From contig CP166615.1 of assembly GCA_041937175.2 (NCBI GenBank), positions 2,624,001-2,688,000 on the forward strand: 64,000 nt of DNA. The letters run 5' to 3'. This document shows positions 1 through 11,688 of this stretch, piece by piece. Source of the DNA: Limnothrix sp. BL-A-16 (GTDB taxonomy: Bacteria > Cyanobacteriota > Cyanobacteriia > CACIAM-69d). The translations under genes and the position numbers were made by a program. The notes beneath the pieces are model-generated. The model had not been told where the DNA came from. It did no database searches and worked only from the letters and a program-made list of their open reading frames with translations. Each line of letters begins with the position of its first letter. Positions within the stretch are counted from its first letter, which is position 1.

Positions 1-133
1 GCGGTTTTGGCCACTCGATCGCATGGGTAATCTCTAGCCAAACACTGAGCCTAGAACAAGAGGGCCCAGAAAAAACAGAGCCTAGAACAGGCTAGAACTG
101 GAACATAAAAAGCTGGCCAAAAAGCTAGCAAAT

Positions 134-172
134 AAAAAGGAGAGTCGCTGGTTCAGCAACTGCTCCTTTTTT
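134..172 (-). terminator. Intrinsic terminator ending the ribosomal superoperon (possibly bidirectional)
   Basis: Minus strand AAAAGGAG-CAGTTGCTG-AAC-CAGCGACT-CTCCTTTTT hairpin with T-tract, ~80 nt after the rpmE stop. Confidence 0.75.
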
Positions 173-249
173 CTGTTTCTTCTGGTTGAAGAATTTTGAG
201 TTTGCCAATTTTAGTTGGCCAATTCGTTGGCTAACCAAACCAAGGAACC

Positions 250-474
250 CTAGTCCTTTTTGGTTTCGGTTGCCATCCCATACTTGCGCAGGAATCGCTC
301 CACACGACCTTCGGTGTCAATAATCCGCTGGGTACCGGTGAAGAACGGGTGATTGCCAGCCCAAATGTCCACATGCAATTCCGGTTGGGTCGAACCAACC
401 GTCATCACCAATTCGCCGTTGCAATAGACCTTTGCATCGGGATACCACTCGGGGTGAATGCCTTCTTTTGCCAT
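250..474 (-). CDS. rpmE: 50S ribosomal protein L31
   Basis: MAKEGIHPEWY...HPFFTG...GRVERF; start moved to ATG 474; follows rpsI. Confidence 0.96.
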   Translation of the reverse strand: MAKEGIHPEWYPDAKVYCNGELVMTVGSTQPELHVDIWAGNHPFFTGTQRIIDTEGRVERFLRKYGMATETKKD

Positions 475-674
475 GATGCGAACCTCAACCAAAGTTTAGG
501 AAATTTAAGGGCGATCGAACCGCATTCAAGTACATGGGTTCGATCGAGGGGATTTGCACAAAAGAGCTGGCGATCGCGACTTCCAAACGGGGTCTTTTGA
601 TCACCAGCCCCAGCCTGTCCATTCGTTGGGGAAAGCCACCGGAGCCTCCCCAACGAAAGTCGGCGCTTGGAAAA

Positions 675-1088
675 TTAGCGCTTCGAGAACTGAGGAGCCT
701 TCCGGGCTTTCTTCAAACCGTACTTGCGACGTTCCTTGGCGCGGGGGTCGCGGGTCAGGTAGCCTTCAACCTTCAGGGGCTTCCGGTTTTCAGGGTCAAG
801 CTGAATCAAAGCCCGAGCCACACCCAAGCGGATCGAGTCAGCCTGGCCGGTCAAACCACCGCCCACCACGCTCACCAGCACATCGTAGTCCCCTTCCAAG
901 CCGAGGGTTTCCAGAGGTGCTTTGGCCGCAGCCAGATAAACCGGGTTGTATTGCAGGTAGTTATCGCCAGGACGACCGTTAATGGTCAGTTGGCCGGAGC
1001 CAGGCACCAGGCGCACGCGGGCGACCGAGGTTTTACGGCGGCCCGTGCCGCGATACATCACGCGCCCGTTGTTATCCGTTGCTTGCAT
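675..1088 (-). CDS. rpsI: 30S ribosomal protein S9
   Basis: [12 protein letters not shown]...[16 protein letters not shown]. Confidence 0.98.
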   Translation of the reverse strand: MQATDNNGRVMYRGTGRRKTSVARVRLVPGSGQLTINGRPGDNYLQYNPVYLAAAKAPLETLGLEGDYDVLVSVVGGGLTGQADSIRLGVARALIQLDPENRKPLKVEGYLTRDPRAKERRKYGLKKARKAPQFSKR

Positions 1089-1552
1089 TAGCCTTCACCT
1101 CCAGGAATGGTGTTGATCGTCAGGACTTGGGGTTGTTGTGCCGTGTGGGGATGGTCTACGCCGGCATAAACCTTCAGCTTGCGGAACAGTTGCCGACCGA
1201 GAGCATTTTTAGGCAGCATCCCTTTAACGGCATGTTCCACAATCCGCTCGGGCAGACGATTTTGCAGCTTTTCAAAGCTCTCCGTCTTCATCCCACCGGG
1301 ACGGCCAGAGTGACGACGGTAGACCTTTTGAGTCCGTTTTTTACCGGTCACTTCCACTTTGTCGGCGTTGACGATCACCACAAAGTCACCGGTATCCAGG
1401 TGGGGCGTGTAGGTGGGCTTGTTTTTGCCCCGCAGGACGGAAGCCACTTCGGTGGCCAGGCGGCCAAGGCGTTGACCAGCGGCATCAACGACGTACCATT
1501 GCCGGTCAACATCGTTTACGGAGGGCAGGGCAGTCTTGGTGGGAATGGACAT
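1088..1552 (-). CDS. rplM: 50S ribosomal protein L13
   Basis: WYVVDA...LGRLA...[11 protein letters not shown]...GMLPKN. Confidence 0.98.
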   Translation of the reverse strand: MSIPTKTALPSVNDVDRQWYVVDAAGQRLGRLATEVASVLRGKNKPTYTPHLDTGDFVVIVNADKVEVTGKKRTQKVYRRHSGRPGGMKTESFEKLQNRLPERIVEHAVKGMLPKNALGRQLFRKLKVYAGVDHPHTAQQPQVLTINTIPGGEG

Positions 1553-1634
1553 AGGGGTTGGTTGGGTTGCGAAAGTCGCTGAATCGGGGAAGTTATAACT
1601 AGGGCGATCGCGTAGTGCGTTAAGCCTAGAATCT

Positions 1635-2486
1635 TTATGTAACGGAAGGGCTGGAGGTTGCCGGGCCGTCCTGGGTCAGGTCAAACCAAGGCAGGGTGTT
1701 GGTGCGAGCAATCTCTGGCAGGGGCGAGTTGGGGTAGCCAATGCGCAGTAGGCACAATCCCATGGGTGGCGCGGCATATTTCACCAGGTCTCGGCGTTCA
1801 CTCTGCCAAATTTGGGTGAACTCTTCGACACTGAGGCGATCGCGCCCCACCAACACCAACATCCCCGCCAGCAGCCGCATCATGCCGTACAAAAAGCCAC
1901 TGGCTTGAACTTCAAGTTCCACAATCGGCCCGCGCCGCCGACACCAGGCTTCTTGAACATCCACCCAAGAATGGGGACGTTTTGATCCGGCACGGTGGAA
2001 GGCTGCCAAGTGATGCCGACCCACGAGGGGGGCGATCGCCGCCTGCATCTTTTCCACTTGAATTGGCTCGTAATAGTGCCAACTGAAGGGTTTCAGGTAC
2101 AGATTCGGCTGTGGATCGGTGTAGAGAACATAGCGGTAACGCCGCCACGAGGCCGAGAACCGAGCGTGCCAGTTCCCCGGAACCGCACAGGAGGCCAGAA
2201 TCAGAATATCATCTGGCAACCTTGTGTTGAGGACTTTCGCCCAACGGTGAGGGGGAATCGGGCTGGCCACATCAAAGTGGGCCACTTGGGCGGAGGCATG
2301 AACTCCGGTGTCGGTGCGTCCAGCACCATGGATGACCACGGGATGCCCCAGAATCTCGGCGATCGTGTCTTCGATCGTGGCTTGAACGCTGCGATCGCGG
2401 ATCTGCCGCTGCCAACCACAGAACCCTGCTCCCAGGTACTGAATCACCAAAGCAATGCGCTGCTGATCGGCGGGACAGTCGGCCAT
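1635..2486 (-). CDS. truA: tRNA pseudouridine(38-40) synthase
   Basis: [11 protein letters not shown] motif, [15 protein letters not shown]; position between rplQ and rplM. Confidence 0.96.
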   Translation of the reverse strand: MADCPADQQRIALVIQYLGAGFCGWQRQIRDRSVQATIEDTIAEILGHPVVIHGAGRTDTGVHASAQVAHFDVASPIPPHRWAKVLNTRLPDDILILASCAVPGNWHARFSASWRRYRYVLYTDPQPNLYLKPFSWHYYEPIQVEKMQAAIAPLVGRHHLAAFHRAGSKRPHSWVDVQEAWCRRRGPIVELEVQASGFLYGMMRLLAGMLVLVGRDRLSVEEFTQIWQSERRDLVKYAAPPMGLCLLRIGYPNSPLPEIARTNTLPWFDLTQDGPATSSPSVT

Positions 2487-2521
2487 GGTTGTTGCTCTAC
2501 ACCCCAGCGATTGGTCTCGGC

Positions 2522-2872
2522 CTAGACCAATTCCAAGATGGCCATTTCGGCATTGTCACCGCGCCGAGGCACGGTGCGCAAAATGCGGGTATAGCCACCA
2601 TTGCGCTGACCGTAGCGCTGGGGAGCCTGCTCAAACAGGGCATGAACCAAGTCAGCATCATACAGATAGCCCAAAGCCCGACGACGGGAAGCCAAGGAAC
2701 CATCCTTGGCCAAGGTAATCATGCGATCAACCTCGGCGCGAACGGCCCGGGCCCGGGCTTTGGTGGTGGTGATTTGACCATTGCGGATGGTTTCCGTGGC
2801 CAGGGCCCGCAGCAGGGCGCGACGCTGGTCAGCGGGCTTACCAAGTTTAGGAACGCGACGACCGTGACGCAT
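2522..2872 (-). CDS. rplQ: 50S ribosomal protein L17
   Basis: [11 protein letters not shown]...RNGGYTRI...RRGDNAEMA. Confidence 0.98.
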   Translation of the reverse strand: MRHGRRVPKLGKPADQRRALLRALATETIRNGQITTTKARARAVRAEVDRMITLAKDGSLASRRRALGYLYDADLVHALFEQAPQRYGQRNGGYTRILRTVPRRGDNAEMAILELV

Positions 2873-2953
2873 AGCTCCGATCTCTACTCAACTGATTAGT
2901 AACTAGGGGGGTCGGATCTAGAACGAGCTAGAGCCGGGGGTGAATGGTGGCCG

Positions 2954-3898
2954 TTAGGCTTTGGCCACTTTCTCTTGCGGCAGGGTGATGCCCAAACGCC
3001 GCTGCAACGCTTCGATCACTTCTTCAGCCGACTTGGCTCCGAAGTTCTTGATCTCCAGCAAATCTTCTTGGGTGAATTCCAGAAGATCGGCCACGGTGTT
3101 GATTTGCGCCCGCTTCAGGCAGTTGTAGGCGCGCACCGACAGTTGCAATTCCTCGATCGGGATTTGGCTGCTGGGGTCTTGGGATTCTGGGCGATCGCTC
3201 TTGGTGGCTTCGATGGTGAAGTCCTTAAGCGGGTTGAACAGATCCACCAGCAGCGTGGCAGCCTGACTGAGTGCCTGTTGGGGGGTGATGCTGCCGTTCG
3301 TCCAAATTTCCAGAACCAGGCGATCCTTCTCCAGCGATTCGCCCACCCGGGCATCCTCAACGGTGTAGTTCACCTTGCGGACGGGCATAAACATCGAGTC
3401 GATCTGCAAAAAGTCGATCGCCGATGCATCATCACGACCCCGATCGATCGCCCGATAGCCCACTCCACGTTCCACTCGGAACTCCATTTCCAACGTGGCC
3501 CCTTCGGCCAAGGTGGCAATGTACTGGGTTGGGTCAACCACTTCCACTTCTGAAGGCAAATCGAACAGGTCTGCCGTGACCACCCGCGGCCCCTTAGCCA
3601 ACAGGCGACCAATTTGCGGCTGATCCGTGTGGCTGCGCAGCACCAATTCCTTCATGTTCAGCAGGATGTCCAACACATCCTCCCGCACACCGGGAACCGT
3701 CGCGAACTCGTGGTTCACGCCCGCAATCCGGACGGCCGTCACTGCGGAACCCACGAGGTTCGACAGCAGTACCCGACGCAAAGCGTTCCCCACCGTTGTG
3801 CCCTGCCCGCGTTCGAGGGGGGACAGCACCAAACGGCTGTAGAGATTGCGATTGCTTTCCGTGCTCGATTCAACACACTCGATCTGAAATTGCGACAC
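2954..3898 (-). CDS. rpoA: RNA polymerase alpha subunit
   Basis: PLERGQGTTVGNALRRVLLS; CTD LSVRAYNCLKRA, KNFGAKS. Confidence 0.98.
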   Translation of the reverse strand: MSQFQIECVESSTESNRNLYSRLVLSPLERGQGTTVGNALRRVLLSNLVGSAVTAVRIAGVNHEFATVPGVREDVLDILLNMKELVLRSHTDQPQIGRLLAKGPRVVTADLFDLPSEVEVVDPTQYIATLAEGATLEMEFRVERGVGYRAIDRGRDDASAIDFLQIDSMFMPVRKVNYTVEDARVGESLEKDRLVLEIWTNGSITPQQALSQAATLLVDLFNPLKDFTIEATKSDRPESQDPSSQIPIEELQLSVRAYNCLKRAQINTVADLLEFTQEDLLEIKNFGAKSAEEVIEALQRRLGITLPQEKVAKA

Positions 3899-4049
3899 GC
3901 TTTGTGCCTCCCAACCGGCCTAGTCGATCCATATGCGGCAGTGAAGCCGCCCCGTAACAGAAAAAAATTCGCGGTGACCAAGGGTTACCGCTGGCTTGCA
4001 GGATGCGATCGCAGCGCCCGTGAGTTGGCGCGGGTCGATCGCAAGGGGA

Positions 4050-4445
4050 TTAGACCCGACGACGCTTCGGCGGCCGGCAACCATTGTGCGGAATCGGCGT
4101 AACATCGCGAATCAGCGTGATTTCCAGACCCGACGCTTGCAGGGCCCGAATGGCCGTTTCCCGACCCGAACCGGGGCCGCTCACCATCACTTCCACCTGA
4201 CGCATCCCCTGCTCAGAGGCGCGACGGGCAGCAGCTTCGGCAGCAGTTTGGGCGGCGAAGGGCGTACCCTTCTTGGCTCCTTTGAAGCCGCTAGAACCAG
4301 CCGAGGCCCAGGAGATTGCATCACCCTTGAGGTCGGTGATCGTCACGATCGTGTTGTTGAAGGTCGATTGAATGTGAGCGACACCACTGGGGACGTTGCG
4401 CTTTTGCTTACGCGGGCCAGAGCGCTTGTTGGGTTGCTTTGCCAT
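4050..4445 (-). CDS. rpsK: 30S ribosomal protein S11
   Basis: [12 protein letters not shown]...[16 protein letters not shown]. Confidence 0.98.
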   Translation of the reverse strand: MAKQPNKRSGPRKQKRNVPSGVAHIQSTFNNTIVTITDLKGDAISWASAGSSGFKGAKKGTPFAAQTAAEAAARRASEQGMRQVEVMVSGPGSGRETAIRALQASGLEITLIRDVTPIPHNGCRPPKRRRV

Positions 4446-4496
4446 AGCTGTTGAACAGAACTAAAACGTTCGTAGAAAGGGGACAGAACCAGTCGA

Positions 4497-4874
4497 TTAC
4501 TTGCGGGGAGCCTTCTTCTTCCCAGCCACCGTGCGACGACCACCACGGCGAGTCCGGGCATTGGTGCGCGTCCGTTGACCCCGCACCGGCAAGCCTGCCC
4601 GGTGACGACGACCCCGATAGCAACCGATGTCCATCAGGCGCTTGATGTTCATGGCCTCAAAGCGGCGCAGATCACCTTCCACCTGGTAATTATCCAGCTC
4701 GGCCCGCAGAGCCGAGATATCTGCATCGCCGAGGTCTTTGACGCGCGTATCCGGATTCACACCCGTTGCGGCCAAAATCTTCTTCGACAGGGTTAGACCA
4801 ATGCCGTAAATATAGGTCAACCCAATTTCAATGCGCTTATCGCGCGGTAAATCTACACCGGAAATACGTGCCAC
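4497..4874 (-). CDS. rpsM: 30S ribosomal protein S13
   Basis: [10 protein letters not shown]...[19 protein letters not shown] start. Confidence 0.98.
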   Translation of the reverse strand: MARISGVDLPRDKRIEIGLTYIYGIGLTLSKKILAATGVNPDTRVKDLGDADISALRAELDNYQVEGDLRRFEAMNIKRLMDIGCYRGRRHRAGLPVRGQRTRTNARTRRGGRRTVAGKKKAPRK

Positions 4875-4950
4875 GTTGGTTCTCCCTAACGTTTTAATGC
4901 TCTGTCTTTAGATGGGTGCCAGGCAAACACAACCACCCTAACGCTGTCTT

Positions 4951-5064
4951 TTACCCTTGGCGTTGTTTGTGTTTGGGGTTTTGGCAAATGACCATGACGC
5001 GACCGCGACGACGAATCACGCGGCACTTTTCGCACATTTTGCGGACGGAGGCTCGGACTTTCAT
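4951..5064 (-). CDS. rpmJ: 50S ribosomal protein L36 (not in ORF track)
   Basis: Manual translation [37 protein letters not shown]; zinc-ribbon form; lies between infA and rpsM. Confidence 0.97.
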   Translation of the reverse strand: MKVRASVRKMCEKCRVIRRRGRVMVICQNPKHKQRQG

Positions 5065-5171
5065 GATGGTTAAAATCTCCAAACTTGGAATTTTAGAGAA
5101 AAATGAGTACCGGATCAACCTATCGGGGCAAGTCTCTGGCTAGACCAGCGATCGGGTGGTTATTTTGGGGG

Positions 5172-5408
5172 TTATTTTTTGCCACCCGTGTTCTTTAAAC
5201 GGTAGGTGATGCGCCCTTTGGTCAGGTCGTAGGGGGTCAGCTCAACCTTGACGCGATCGCCCGGCAGAATCTTGATGTAGTTACGGCGAATCTTGCCAGA
5301 AATATGTGCTAGGACGTTGAAACCGTTATCGAGATCCACCCGGAACATTGCGTTCGGGAGTGATTCGGTTACGGTTCCCTCCATTTCGATCAGATCTTGC
5401 TTGGACAA
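5172..5408 (-). CDS. infA: Translation initiation factor IF-1
   Basis: [10 protein letters not shown]...[27 protein letters not shown] start with AGGAG SD. Confidence 0.97.
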   Translation of the reverse strand: MSKQDLIEMEGTVTESLPNAMFRVDLDNGFNVLAHISGKIRRNYIKILPGDRVKVELTPYDLTKGRITYRLKNTGGKK

Positions 5409-5548
5409 GGATCAGCTCTCCTGTATGAACGTCGAGTTGGTTGACAATCAGTGAACTTGCTGTTAAGCGCTATCTCACTGCCAAACTAGCACAATGGGCG
5501 ATCGGGTCTGGGGTTCTGGTTCAGTTCACGGTTTCAGTTAATCGTGAA

Positions 5549-6127
5549 CTAGGCTGCTGGGGCGATCGCCTGTTTCAGGTCACGCGTCACATCGCTGAGG
5601 GACTGATCGCCATTCACCTCCGCCAATAGGTTTGCCTGCTGGGCCCTGTAGAACTTCAGCAGCGGCTCCGTCGTTTGGTGAAAAATCGCCAGACGATGCT
5701 CAATAGTCGCCAAATTGTCATCCGAGCGACCTTCCGCCGTGCCTCGACTCAGGAGGCGGGCCTTGAGTACATCATCGGCCACCACCAAATTCAGCACTCG
5801 ATCGCAAGCCTGACCCGTTGCCGCCAGCATGTCATTGAGTTTTTCGGCCTGGGCCACATTGCGCGGGAAGCCGTCCAGGATCCAGCCCTGTTGAGCATCA
5901 GGTTCCGCGAGTCGGTCTTTGATGATCCCAATGATCAATTCATCAGGCACCAATTCACCGCGATCCATAAAGGACTTCGCCGCCTGTCCCAAGGAAGTGC
6001 CCTGGGCAACCGCCGCCCGCAAGATATCACCCGTGGAAATATGGGGAATGCCATATTCATCAGACAAAATCTTGGCCTGTGTCCCCTTGCCTGCACCCGG
6101 TGGGCCGAAAAAAATCAATCGCGTCAC
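5549..6127 (-). CDS. adk: Adenylate kinase
   Basis: GPPGAGKGTQ P-loop, HISTGDILR, LDGFPR; overlaps secY stop. Confidence 0.97.
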   Translation of the reverse strand: MTRLIFFGPPGAGKGTQAKILSDEYGIPHISTGDILRAAVAQGTSLGQAAKSFMDRGELVPDELIIGIIKDRLAEPDAQQGWILDGFPRNVAQAEKLNDMLAATGQACDRVLNLVVADDVLKARLLSRGTAEGRSDDNLATIEHRLAIFHQTTEPLLKFYRAQQANLLAEVNGDQSLSDVTRDLKQAIAPAA

Positions 6128-7446
6128 TGCTTCACCATTCCTTCGTAGCGCTGTGAAATTACGTAGGTTTGGATTTGCTTCGCCGTTTCGATCGCGACCC
6201 CAACCAAAATCAGAAACGACGTTGCTCCCAACCCTTGGAACGTCCGCACATTGGTGGCACTTTCCACGGCCGTGGGCACAATGGCCACCAAGCCCAGGAA
6301 AATTGCCCCCAAGAAGGTCAGCCGATTCAAAATCTGCTGCACCCGCTTGCTCGTGGCTTGGCCTGGACGCACCCCGGGAATACTCGCTCCCATCTTCTTC
6401 AGGTTCTGAGCCATATCCACCGGGTTCACCACCAGCGACGAATAGAAATAGCTAAAGAACAGAATCAGTGCCAGGTAAACCAACACATACAGCCAGGGCG
6501 TGGGGCCCGTCGGACTCAGATAGGTAGCCACCCGAGCTAAGGCCTCATTGTTGGTGAATTGGGCCAGCGAAGCCGGAACTACCAACACCGCCGTCGAGAA
6601 GATGATGGGCATCACCCCCCCTTGGTTGAGGCGCAAGGGCAAGTAGCTGCTGCGCTCCTGATACTGGCGGCGACCCACCTGGCGGCGGGCCATCACGATC
6701 GGGATGCGGCGGGCCCCTTCCTGAACAAACACAATGCCGACAATGGTGGCCATAAATGCCAACATCAACAGCACAATGCCGCCAATGGTCGATCGATCAC
6801 CACTCTGAGCCAGCTCCAACGTTTGACCCACCGACTTCGGAAAGGTCGAAACAATGTTCACGAAAATCAGCAACGAGGCACCATTGCCAACGCCACGTTC
6901 CGTGATCAGTTCGCCAATCCACATCACAAACATCGAACCAGCCGTCAGGGCCAGCGCCGTCTTCACCACAAACAGGCCCGCTGGCTCCGTCGTGGCCCCC
7001 AACGCCGACACCCAGAGACCGATCCCCACACTTTGGATCACGGCCCAAGCAACGGACACATAGCGGGTGATTTGGGCAATCTTGCGACGGCCCGCCTCCC
7101 CTTCATTCTTCTGGAGGTCTTCCAGAGAAGGCAGCGCCGCCGTCAGCAATTGAATGATGATGGATGCGTTGATGTAGGGCAGAATTCCCAACGCAAAGAT
7201 CCCCAGCAGCGACAGACCGCCCCCGGAGAAGATATCTAAGAAGCCAACCAACCCACCTAGACCGCTGTTTTGGATCGCGTTGCCAAAGGCTGCACGATCA
7301 ATTCCCGGTACCGGCAAAAAGATCCCAAGGCGCACCAGCACTAGCAGGCCGACGGTCACCAGCAACCGCCCCCGCAGGCCAGCCGCCTGGGCCATTTGCA
7401 TGAAGGTTTCTTGGGCTGTTGGCGCTTTATCTCGACTGACGACCAT
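6124..7446 (-). CDS. secY: Preprotein translocase subunit SecY
   Basis: FALGILPYINASII, GNGASLLIF, IPGVRPG; multiple TM segments. Confidence 0.98.
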   Translation of the reverse strand: MVVSRDKAPTAQETFMQMAQAAGLRGRLLVTVGLLVLVRLGIFLPVPGIDRAAFGNAIQNSGLGGLVGFLDIFSGGGLSLLGIFALGILPYINASIIIQLLTAALPSLEDLQKNEGEAGRRKIAQITRYVSVAWAVIQSVGIGLWVSALGATTEPAGLFVVKTALALTAGSMFVMWIGELITERGVGNGASLLIFVNIVSTFPKSVGQTLELAQSGDRSTIGGIVLLMLAFMATIVGIVFVQEGARRIPIVMARRQVGRRQYQERSSYLPLRLNQGGVMPIIFSTAVLVVPASLAQFTNNEALARVATYLSPTGPTPWLYVLVYLALILFFSYFYSSLVVNPVDMAQNLKKMGASIPGVRPGQATSKRVQQILNRLTFLGAIFLGLVAIVPTAVESATNVRTFQGLGATSFLILVGVAIETAKQIQTYVISQRYEGMVKQ

Positions 7447-7497
7447 GGTTGGTACACCTCAGGCAAATTTCAGCAACCGGATTTCCCAACTTCAATC

Positions 7498-7941
7498 TTA
7501 GACAACCGTGCAAGTTCCGCCGGCTGCTTCGATCTTTTCCTTGGCGCTAGCCGTGAAGCGAGCGGCTTCCACCGTCAGCTTCACCGACAGGTCACCATCG
7601 CCCAGCAACTTCAGCGGGCCATCGTTGGTGGTGACAATTCCGGCTTCCATCAACGAGGCCAAGTTGACGGTCGAGCCGGCCGCCAGGCCAGCCAGACTGC
7701 CGACGTTGACCACGGTGTAGGCTTGGCGGTTGATCACCGTGAAGTGCTTCAGCTTCGGCACCCGGCGATAGAGGGGCATTTGACCCCCTTCAAAACCGGG
7801 GCGGGTGCTGCGACCGGAGCGCGACTTTTGACCGCGCATCCCGAAGCCACCGCTCGCGCCTTGACCGGCAGCAATGCCCCGACCGACGCGACGACCGCGC
7901 TTTTTGGAGCCTTTTTTAGGCTGTGCATCCGTGATTTTCAT
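7498..7941 (-). CDS. rplO: 50S ribosomal protein L15
   Basis: RVGRG...GQKSRSG...[14 protein letters not shown]. Confidence 0.98.
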   Translation of the reverse strand: MKITDAQPKKGSKKRGRRVGRGIAAGQGASGGFGMRGQKSRSGRSTRPGFEGGQMPLYRRVPKLKHFTVINRQAYTVVNVGSLAGLAAGSTVNLASLMEAGIVTTNDGPLKLLGDGDLSVKLTVEAARFTASAKEKIEAAGGTCTVV

Positions 7942-7968
7942 GGATTTGGTCTCCGTCGATGACCGGAA

Positions 7969-8493
7969 CTACTTGTACAGGTGCTCGAGGGTCACACCCC
8001 GGTCTTCGGCCACTTCTGCGAAAGTCCGCAGGGAAGACAGGGCATCCAAAGCAGCACGGGCGTTGTTCAAGGGGTTGTCGGAACCCAGTTGCTTGGCAAG
8101 GATGTTTTTCACCCCAGCCAATTCCAACACGGTGCGGACAGCACCCCCAGCGATTACCCCGGTACCGGGAGCAGCGGGGCGCATCATCACTTTGGAGCTA
8201 CCACCACCGACACCGTTGGTGGGGTGGGGAATCGTGTCGCCCTTGATCAGGGGCACATCAACCAGGTGCTTTTTGCCATCGGCTACGCCTTTTTTGACGG
8301 CTCCGATCACATCAGCGGCTTTGCCGACCCCAACGCCCACTTGACCGCGTTCGTTACCGATCACGACCACGGCGCGGAAGCTGAGCTTTTTACCGCCCTT
8401 GACCACCTTGGTGACGCGGCGGATTTGGACGACGCGCTCTTGCCATTCGGACTCTTTCTCGCGGGTGCGATTGCCTTTACGACGAGTTGCCAT
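7969..8493 (-). CDS. rpsE: 30S ribosomal protein S5
   Basis: [10 protein letters not shown]...[12 protein letters not shown]. Confidence 0.98.
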   Translation of the reverse strand: MATRRKGNRTREKESEWQERVVQIRRVTKVVKGGKKLSFRAVVVIGNERGQVGVGVGKAADVIGAVKKGVADGKKHLVDVPLIKGDTIPHPTNGVGGGSSKVMMRPAAPGTGVIAGGAVRTVLELAGVKNILAKQLGSDNPLNNARAALDALSSLRTFAEVAEDRGVTLEHLYK

Positions 8494-8516
8494 AGTGAAT
8501 ACTCCTGAGTTCTCGC

Positions 8517-8879
8517 CTAGAAGTTCAGTCCGGCTTCGCGCGCCGCGTCGGCCAAAGCCTTGACACGACCGTGGTAAAGATTACCGCCGCGATCGAACAC
8601 AACTTGGGTAACGCCCTTGGCTTGGGCACGTTCAGCCAGCAGCTTACCCACCGCTGCGGCTGCATCACAATCGCGGCTGCTTTCAAGCTGCGATTTGACA
8701 TCGGGTTCCAGGGTCGAGGCGGCCACCAACGTGTGATGTTGGGTGTCGTCGATCACCTGGGCATAAATGTGTTGGTGCGAGCGGAACACGCACAGGCGAG
8801 GCCGATCGGGCGTTCCCGAAACTTTGCGGCGCACCCGCCCGTGGCGACGGTGCACCATATCCTTGCGAGTGGCTTTCAT
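8517..8879 (-). CDS. rplR: 50S ribosomal protein L18
   Basis: RPRLCVFRS...[24 protein letters not shown]. Confidence 0.98.
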   Translation of the reverse strand: MKATRKDMVHRRHGRVRRKVSGTPDRPRLCVFRSHQHIYAQVIDDTQHHTLVAASTLEPDVKSQLESSRDCDAAAAVGKLLAERAQAKGVTQVVFDRGGNLYHGRVKALADAAREAGLNF

Positions 8880-9418
8880 TATTTCTTACCTGTCTTACCT
8901 GCCTTGCGGCGAACGACTTCACCTTGGTAGCGAATCCCTTTGCCCTTGTAGGGTTCCGGTTTGCGCACAGCACGGACACGGGCGGCGGTGTTACCCACCA
9001 ATTCCTTGTCAATGCCGCTGACAATCACGTTGGTGTTGTTTTCTACCGCAAACTGAATCCCGTCGGGGGCGGGAATATTCACCGGGTGGCTGTAGCCCAT
9101 GCTCAGGTTGAGCGTGGTGCCTTGGACAGCGGCCCGATAACCGACCCCTTGGATTTCCAGACGACGCTGGAAGCCTTGGGACACCCCTTCGACCATGTTG
9201 GCCAACAGGGTGCGGCAGAGACCATGGCGCTGACGAGCGGGACGCGATTCATCCCGGCGCGTCACGAACAGTTGATCGGCTTCTTGGGAGAAGAGAATTT
9301 CAGGGGGGAAGGTGCGGGTCAGCTCGCCTTTGGAGCCTTTGACCGAGACGGTTTGGCCGTCGATCGTCACCGTCACCCCTTTGGGAATAGGAATGGGACG
9401 CTTGCCAATGCGGGACAC
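8879..9418 (-). CDS. rplF: 50S ribosomal protein L6
   Basis: MSRIGKRPI...[11 protein letters not shown]. Confidence 0.98.
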   Translation of the reverse strand: MSRIGKRPIPIPKGVTVTIDGQTVSVKGSKGELTRTFPPEILFSQEADQLFVTRRDESRPARQRHGLCRTLLANMVEGVSQGFQRRLEIQGVGYRAAVQGTTLNLSMGYSHPVNIPAPDGIQFAVENNTNVIVSGIDKELVGNTAARVRAVRKPEPYKGKGIRYQGEVVRRKAGKTGKK

Positions 9419-9444
9419 GATTGAGAACTCCTTCGTCGTAGGGA

Positions 9445-9843
9445 TTACCAGACGTAGCAGAGGACTTCGCCACCGATGCCCTGCTGACGCGCGTCGCGAT
9501 CGGTCATGATGCCTCGAGAGGTCGAGACGATCGCGATGCCAATACCGCCTAGGACGCGGGGCAAATCGCGGCGATTGGAATAGACACGGAGACCCGGCTT
9601 GCTCACGCGCTTCAGGTTCGAGATGATCGGACGGCGCTGTTTACCCTTGTATTTCAAAGAGATTACGAGCGTCTTCTTCACGCCTTCCCCGGTTTCTTCC
9701 ACTTCGGCGACGAAGCCTTCAGACTTGAGCACCTCGGCGATGCTGCGGGTCATCTTGGTGGCCGGAACTTCCGTTTTTTGGTGACGCGCCAAGCAGGCGT
9801 TTCGAATGCGCGTCAGCATATCTGCGATGGGATCGTTAACCAT
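9445..9843 (-). CDS. rpsH: 30S ribosomal protein S8
   Basis: [12 protein letters not shown]...SKPGLRVY...GGEVLCYVW. Confidence 0.98.
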   Translation of the reverse strand: MVNDPIADMLTRIRNACLARHQKTEVPATKMTRSIAEVLKSEGFVAEVEETGEGVKKTLVISLKYKGKQRRPIISNLKRVSKPGLRVYSNRRDLPRVLGGIGIAIVSTSRGIMTDRDARQQGIGGEVLCYVW

Positions 9844-9861
9844 AGTTCGCTCCTTGCAACG

Positions 9862-10407
9862 CTACTTGTCCCGGAACGGCATGCCCATTTCCTTGAGCAG
9901 CGCGCGGCCTTCTTCGTCGGTGGTGGCGGTGGTCGTAATGCAAATGTCCATCCCACGGATTTGGTCGATGCTGTCGTAGCTGATTTCAGGGAAAATCAGC
10001 TGCTCCCGCAGACCTAGGGAATAGTTGCCACGACCATCGAAGCTGTTGGGGCTGACACCACGAAAGTCCCGGATTCGGGGTAGGGACAATCGCACAAGGC
10101 GATCGAGGAAGTCATACATCTTGTCTGAGCGCAGAGTCACCATCATGCCCACGGGCATCCCTTGGCGCAGCTTGAACCCGGCGATCGCCTTTTTGGCGCG
10201 GGTCACGACGGGGCGCTGACCGGTGATGGTGGCCAATTCCACTAGAGAAGACTCCAGGGCCTTGGCATTCTGCGACGCTTCGCCCAAACCACGGTTCACC
10301 GTGATCTTCACCACTTTGGGCACCTGGTGAATGTTCTCGTACCGGAACTGTTCCATCAGTTTCGGCACGATTGTTTCCTTGTAAATGGTTTTCAGTCGTG
10401 CTGGCAT
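9862..10407 (-). CDS. rplE: 50S ribosomal protein L5
   Basis: LPRIRDFRG...[10 protein letters not shown]...IFPEI; start set at ATG 10407 (MPARLK). Confidence 0.97.
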   Translation of the reverse strand: MPARLKTIYKETIVPKLMEQFRYENIHQVPKVVKITVNRGLGEASQNAKALESSLVELATITGQRPVVTRAKKAIAGFKLRQGMPVGMMVTLRSDKMYDFLDRLVRLSLPRIRDFRGVSPNSFDGRGNYSLGLREQLIFPEISYDSIDQIRGMDICITTTATTDEEGRALLKEMGMPFRDK

Positions 10408-10433
10408 GGCTGTTTCAGCGATCGGGCGCAACG

Positions 10434-10802
10434 TTAGTCGATGATTTCGCCAGTTTTAATCAGCTTGCGCACCTTCTTGCCTTGGTCGGTGAAGGTGTAG
10501 CAAACGCGGCTGGCGACCTTTTCTTTTTCGGAATAGTGCAGGACGTTCGAGCTGTGGATCGGGAACTCGCGCACCTCGACTTTGCCCGATTCGCCTTCCT
10601 GGGTTGGCTTGGTGTGCTTGGTCTTTTGGTTCACCCCTTCCACGATCACTTGGCTCGTTTTGGGGAAGACGCGCACAATCTTGCCAACTTTTCCCTTGTC
10701 ACGACCGGAGATCACCTGAACGGTGTCACCCGCTTTGACATGCATTTTGAAGCGCACGGCTTTGCCGTTTGCATTCACTTGAATCTTGCCGGGCTTGGCC
10801 AT
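10434..10802 (-). CDS. rplX: 50S ribosomal protein L24
   Basis: KOW motif [23 protein letters not shown]. Confidence 0.97.
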   Translation of the reverse strand: MAKPGKIQVNANGKAVRFKMHVKAGDTVQVISGRDKGKVGKIVRVFPKTSQVIVEGVNQKTKHTKPTQEGESGKVEVREFPIHSSNVLHYSEKEKVASRVCYTFTDQGKKVRKLIKTGEIID

Positions 10803-11170
10803 TACAGCACCTCCGGAGCCAGCGAAACGATCTTCAGGTAGTTCTTGTCACGCAGCTCACGAGCCACGGGGCCAAAAACGCGCGTCCCACGGGGGTTGCC
10901 ATCCTTGTTGACGATCACGGCGGCGTTGTCGTCGAAGCGAATGCACATGCCGCTATCGCGTCGGATGGTTTTTCGAGTGCGAACGATCACGGCTCGCACC
11001 ACGTCGGACTTTTTCACTGCCATATTCGGAATGGCATCTTTGACGACGGCGATGATCTCATCACCGACATGGCCGTAGCGACGGTTGCCACCGCCCAGGA
11101 CGCGAATACACATCAGCTTTTTCGCGCCGCTGTTGTCCGCTACGTTCAGATAGGTTTGCTGTTGAATCAT
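10802..11170 (-). CDS. rplN: 50S ribosomal protein L14
   Basis: VADNSGAK...[13 protein letters not shown]...SLAPEVL. Confidence 0.98.
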   Translation of the reverse strand: MIQQQTYLNVADNSGAKKLMCIRVLGGGNRRYGHVGDEIIAVVKDAIPNMAVKKSDVVRAVIVRTRKTIRRDSGMCIRFDDNAAVIVNKDGNPRGTRVFGPVARELRDKNYLKIVSLAPEVL

Positions 11171-11187
11171 GGGCGATCGAGCCTCCC

Positions 11188-11436
11188 TTACCGGGTCGCG
11201 CTTTCGAGAACTTCAACGACCGTCCAGCGCTTGGTTTTGCTCAGGGGGCGAGTTTCGCGGATGCGAACCCGATCGCCTTCCTTGCACTGGTTGTCTTCAT
11301 CGTGGGCCTTAAAGCGGCGCGTGCGAACCACAATCTTGCCGTACTTGGAGTGGGCCGAGCGGTTTTCCACCGACACCACCACCGTTTTCTGCATCTTGTC
11401 GCTCACAACAACGCCAACACGTTCTTTGGCAGCCAT
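11188..11436 (-). CDS. rpsQ: 30S ribosomal protein S17
   Basis: [14 protein letters not shown]...[11 protein letters not shown]. Confidence 0.98.
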   Translation of the reverse strand: MAAKERVGVVVSDKMQKTVVVSVENRSAHSKYGKIVVRTRRFKAHDEDNQCKEGDRVRIRETRPLSKTKRWTVVEVLESATR

Positions 11437-11454
11437 AGGGGGTTAACTCCAGAA

Positions 11455-11682
11455 CTACGCTTGGGTTGCTGCTTCGGATGCAGCCGAGAGCTTACGCTCA
11501 TGCTCCACCGTGAGCAGTTGCGCCAACTCATGCTTTGCATGTTTGATTTCGTGCGATTTCACCTCTTGGCGAATCGCCTTCTTCATCCGGAATTGGAACA
11601 GTTGGCGCTTGAGTTCCAAAATGCGATCGCCCAGTTCGGTGTTACTAAGGGCGCGCGCGTCAGCAATCTTCGGGAGAGCCAT
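11455..11682 (-). CDS. rpmC: 50S ribosomal protein L29
   Basis: [10 protein letters not shown]...AQLLTV; position between rplP and rpsQ. Confidence 0.95.
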   Translation of the reverse strand: MALPKIADARALSNTELGDRILELKRQLFQFRMKKAIRQEVKSHEIKHAKHELAQLLTVEHERKLSAASEAATQA

Positions 11683-11688
11683 AGGGCA

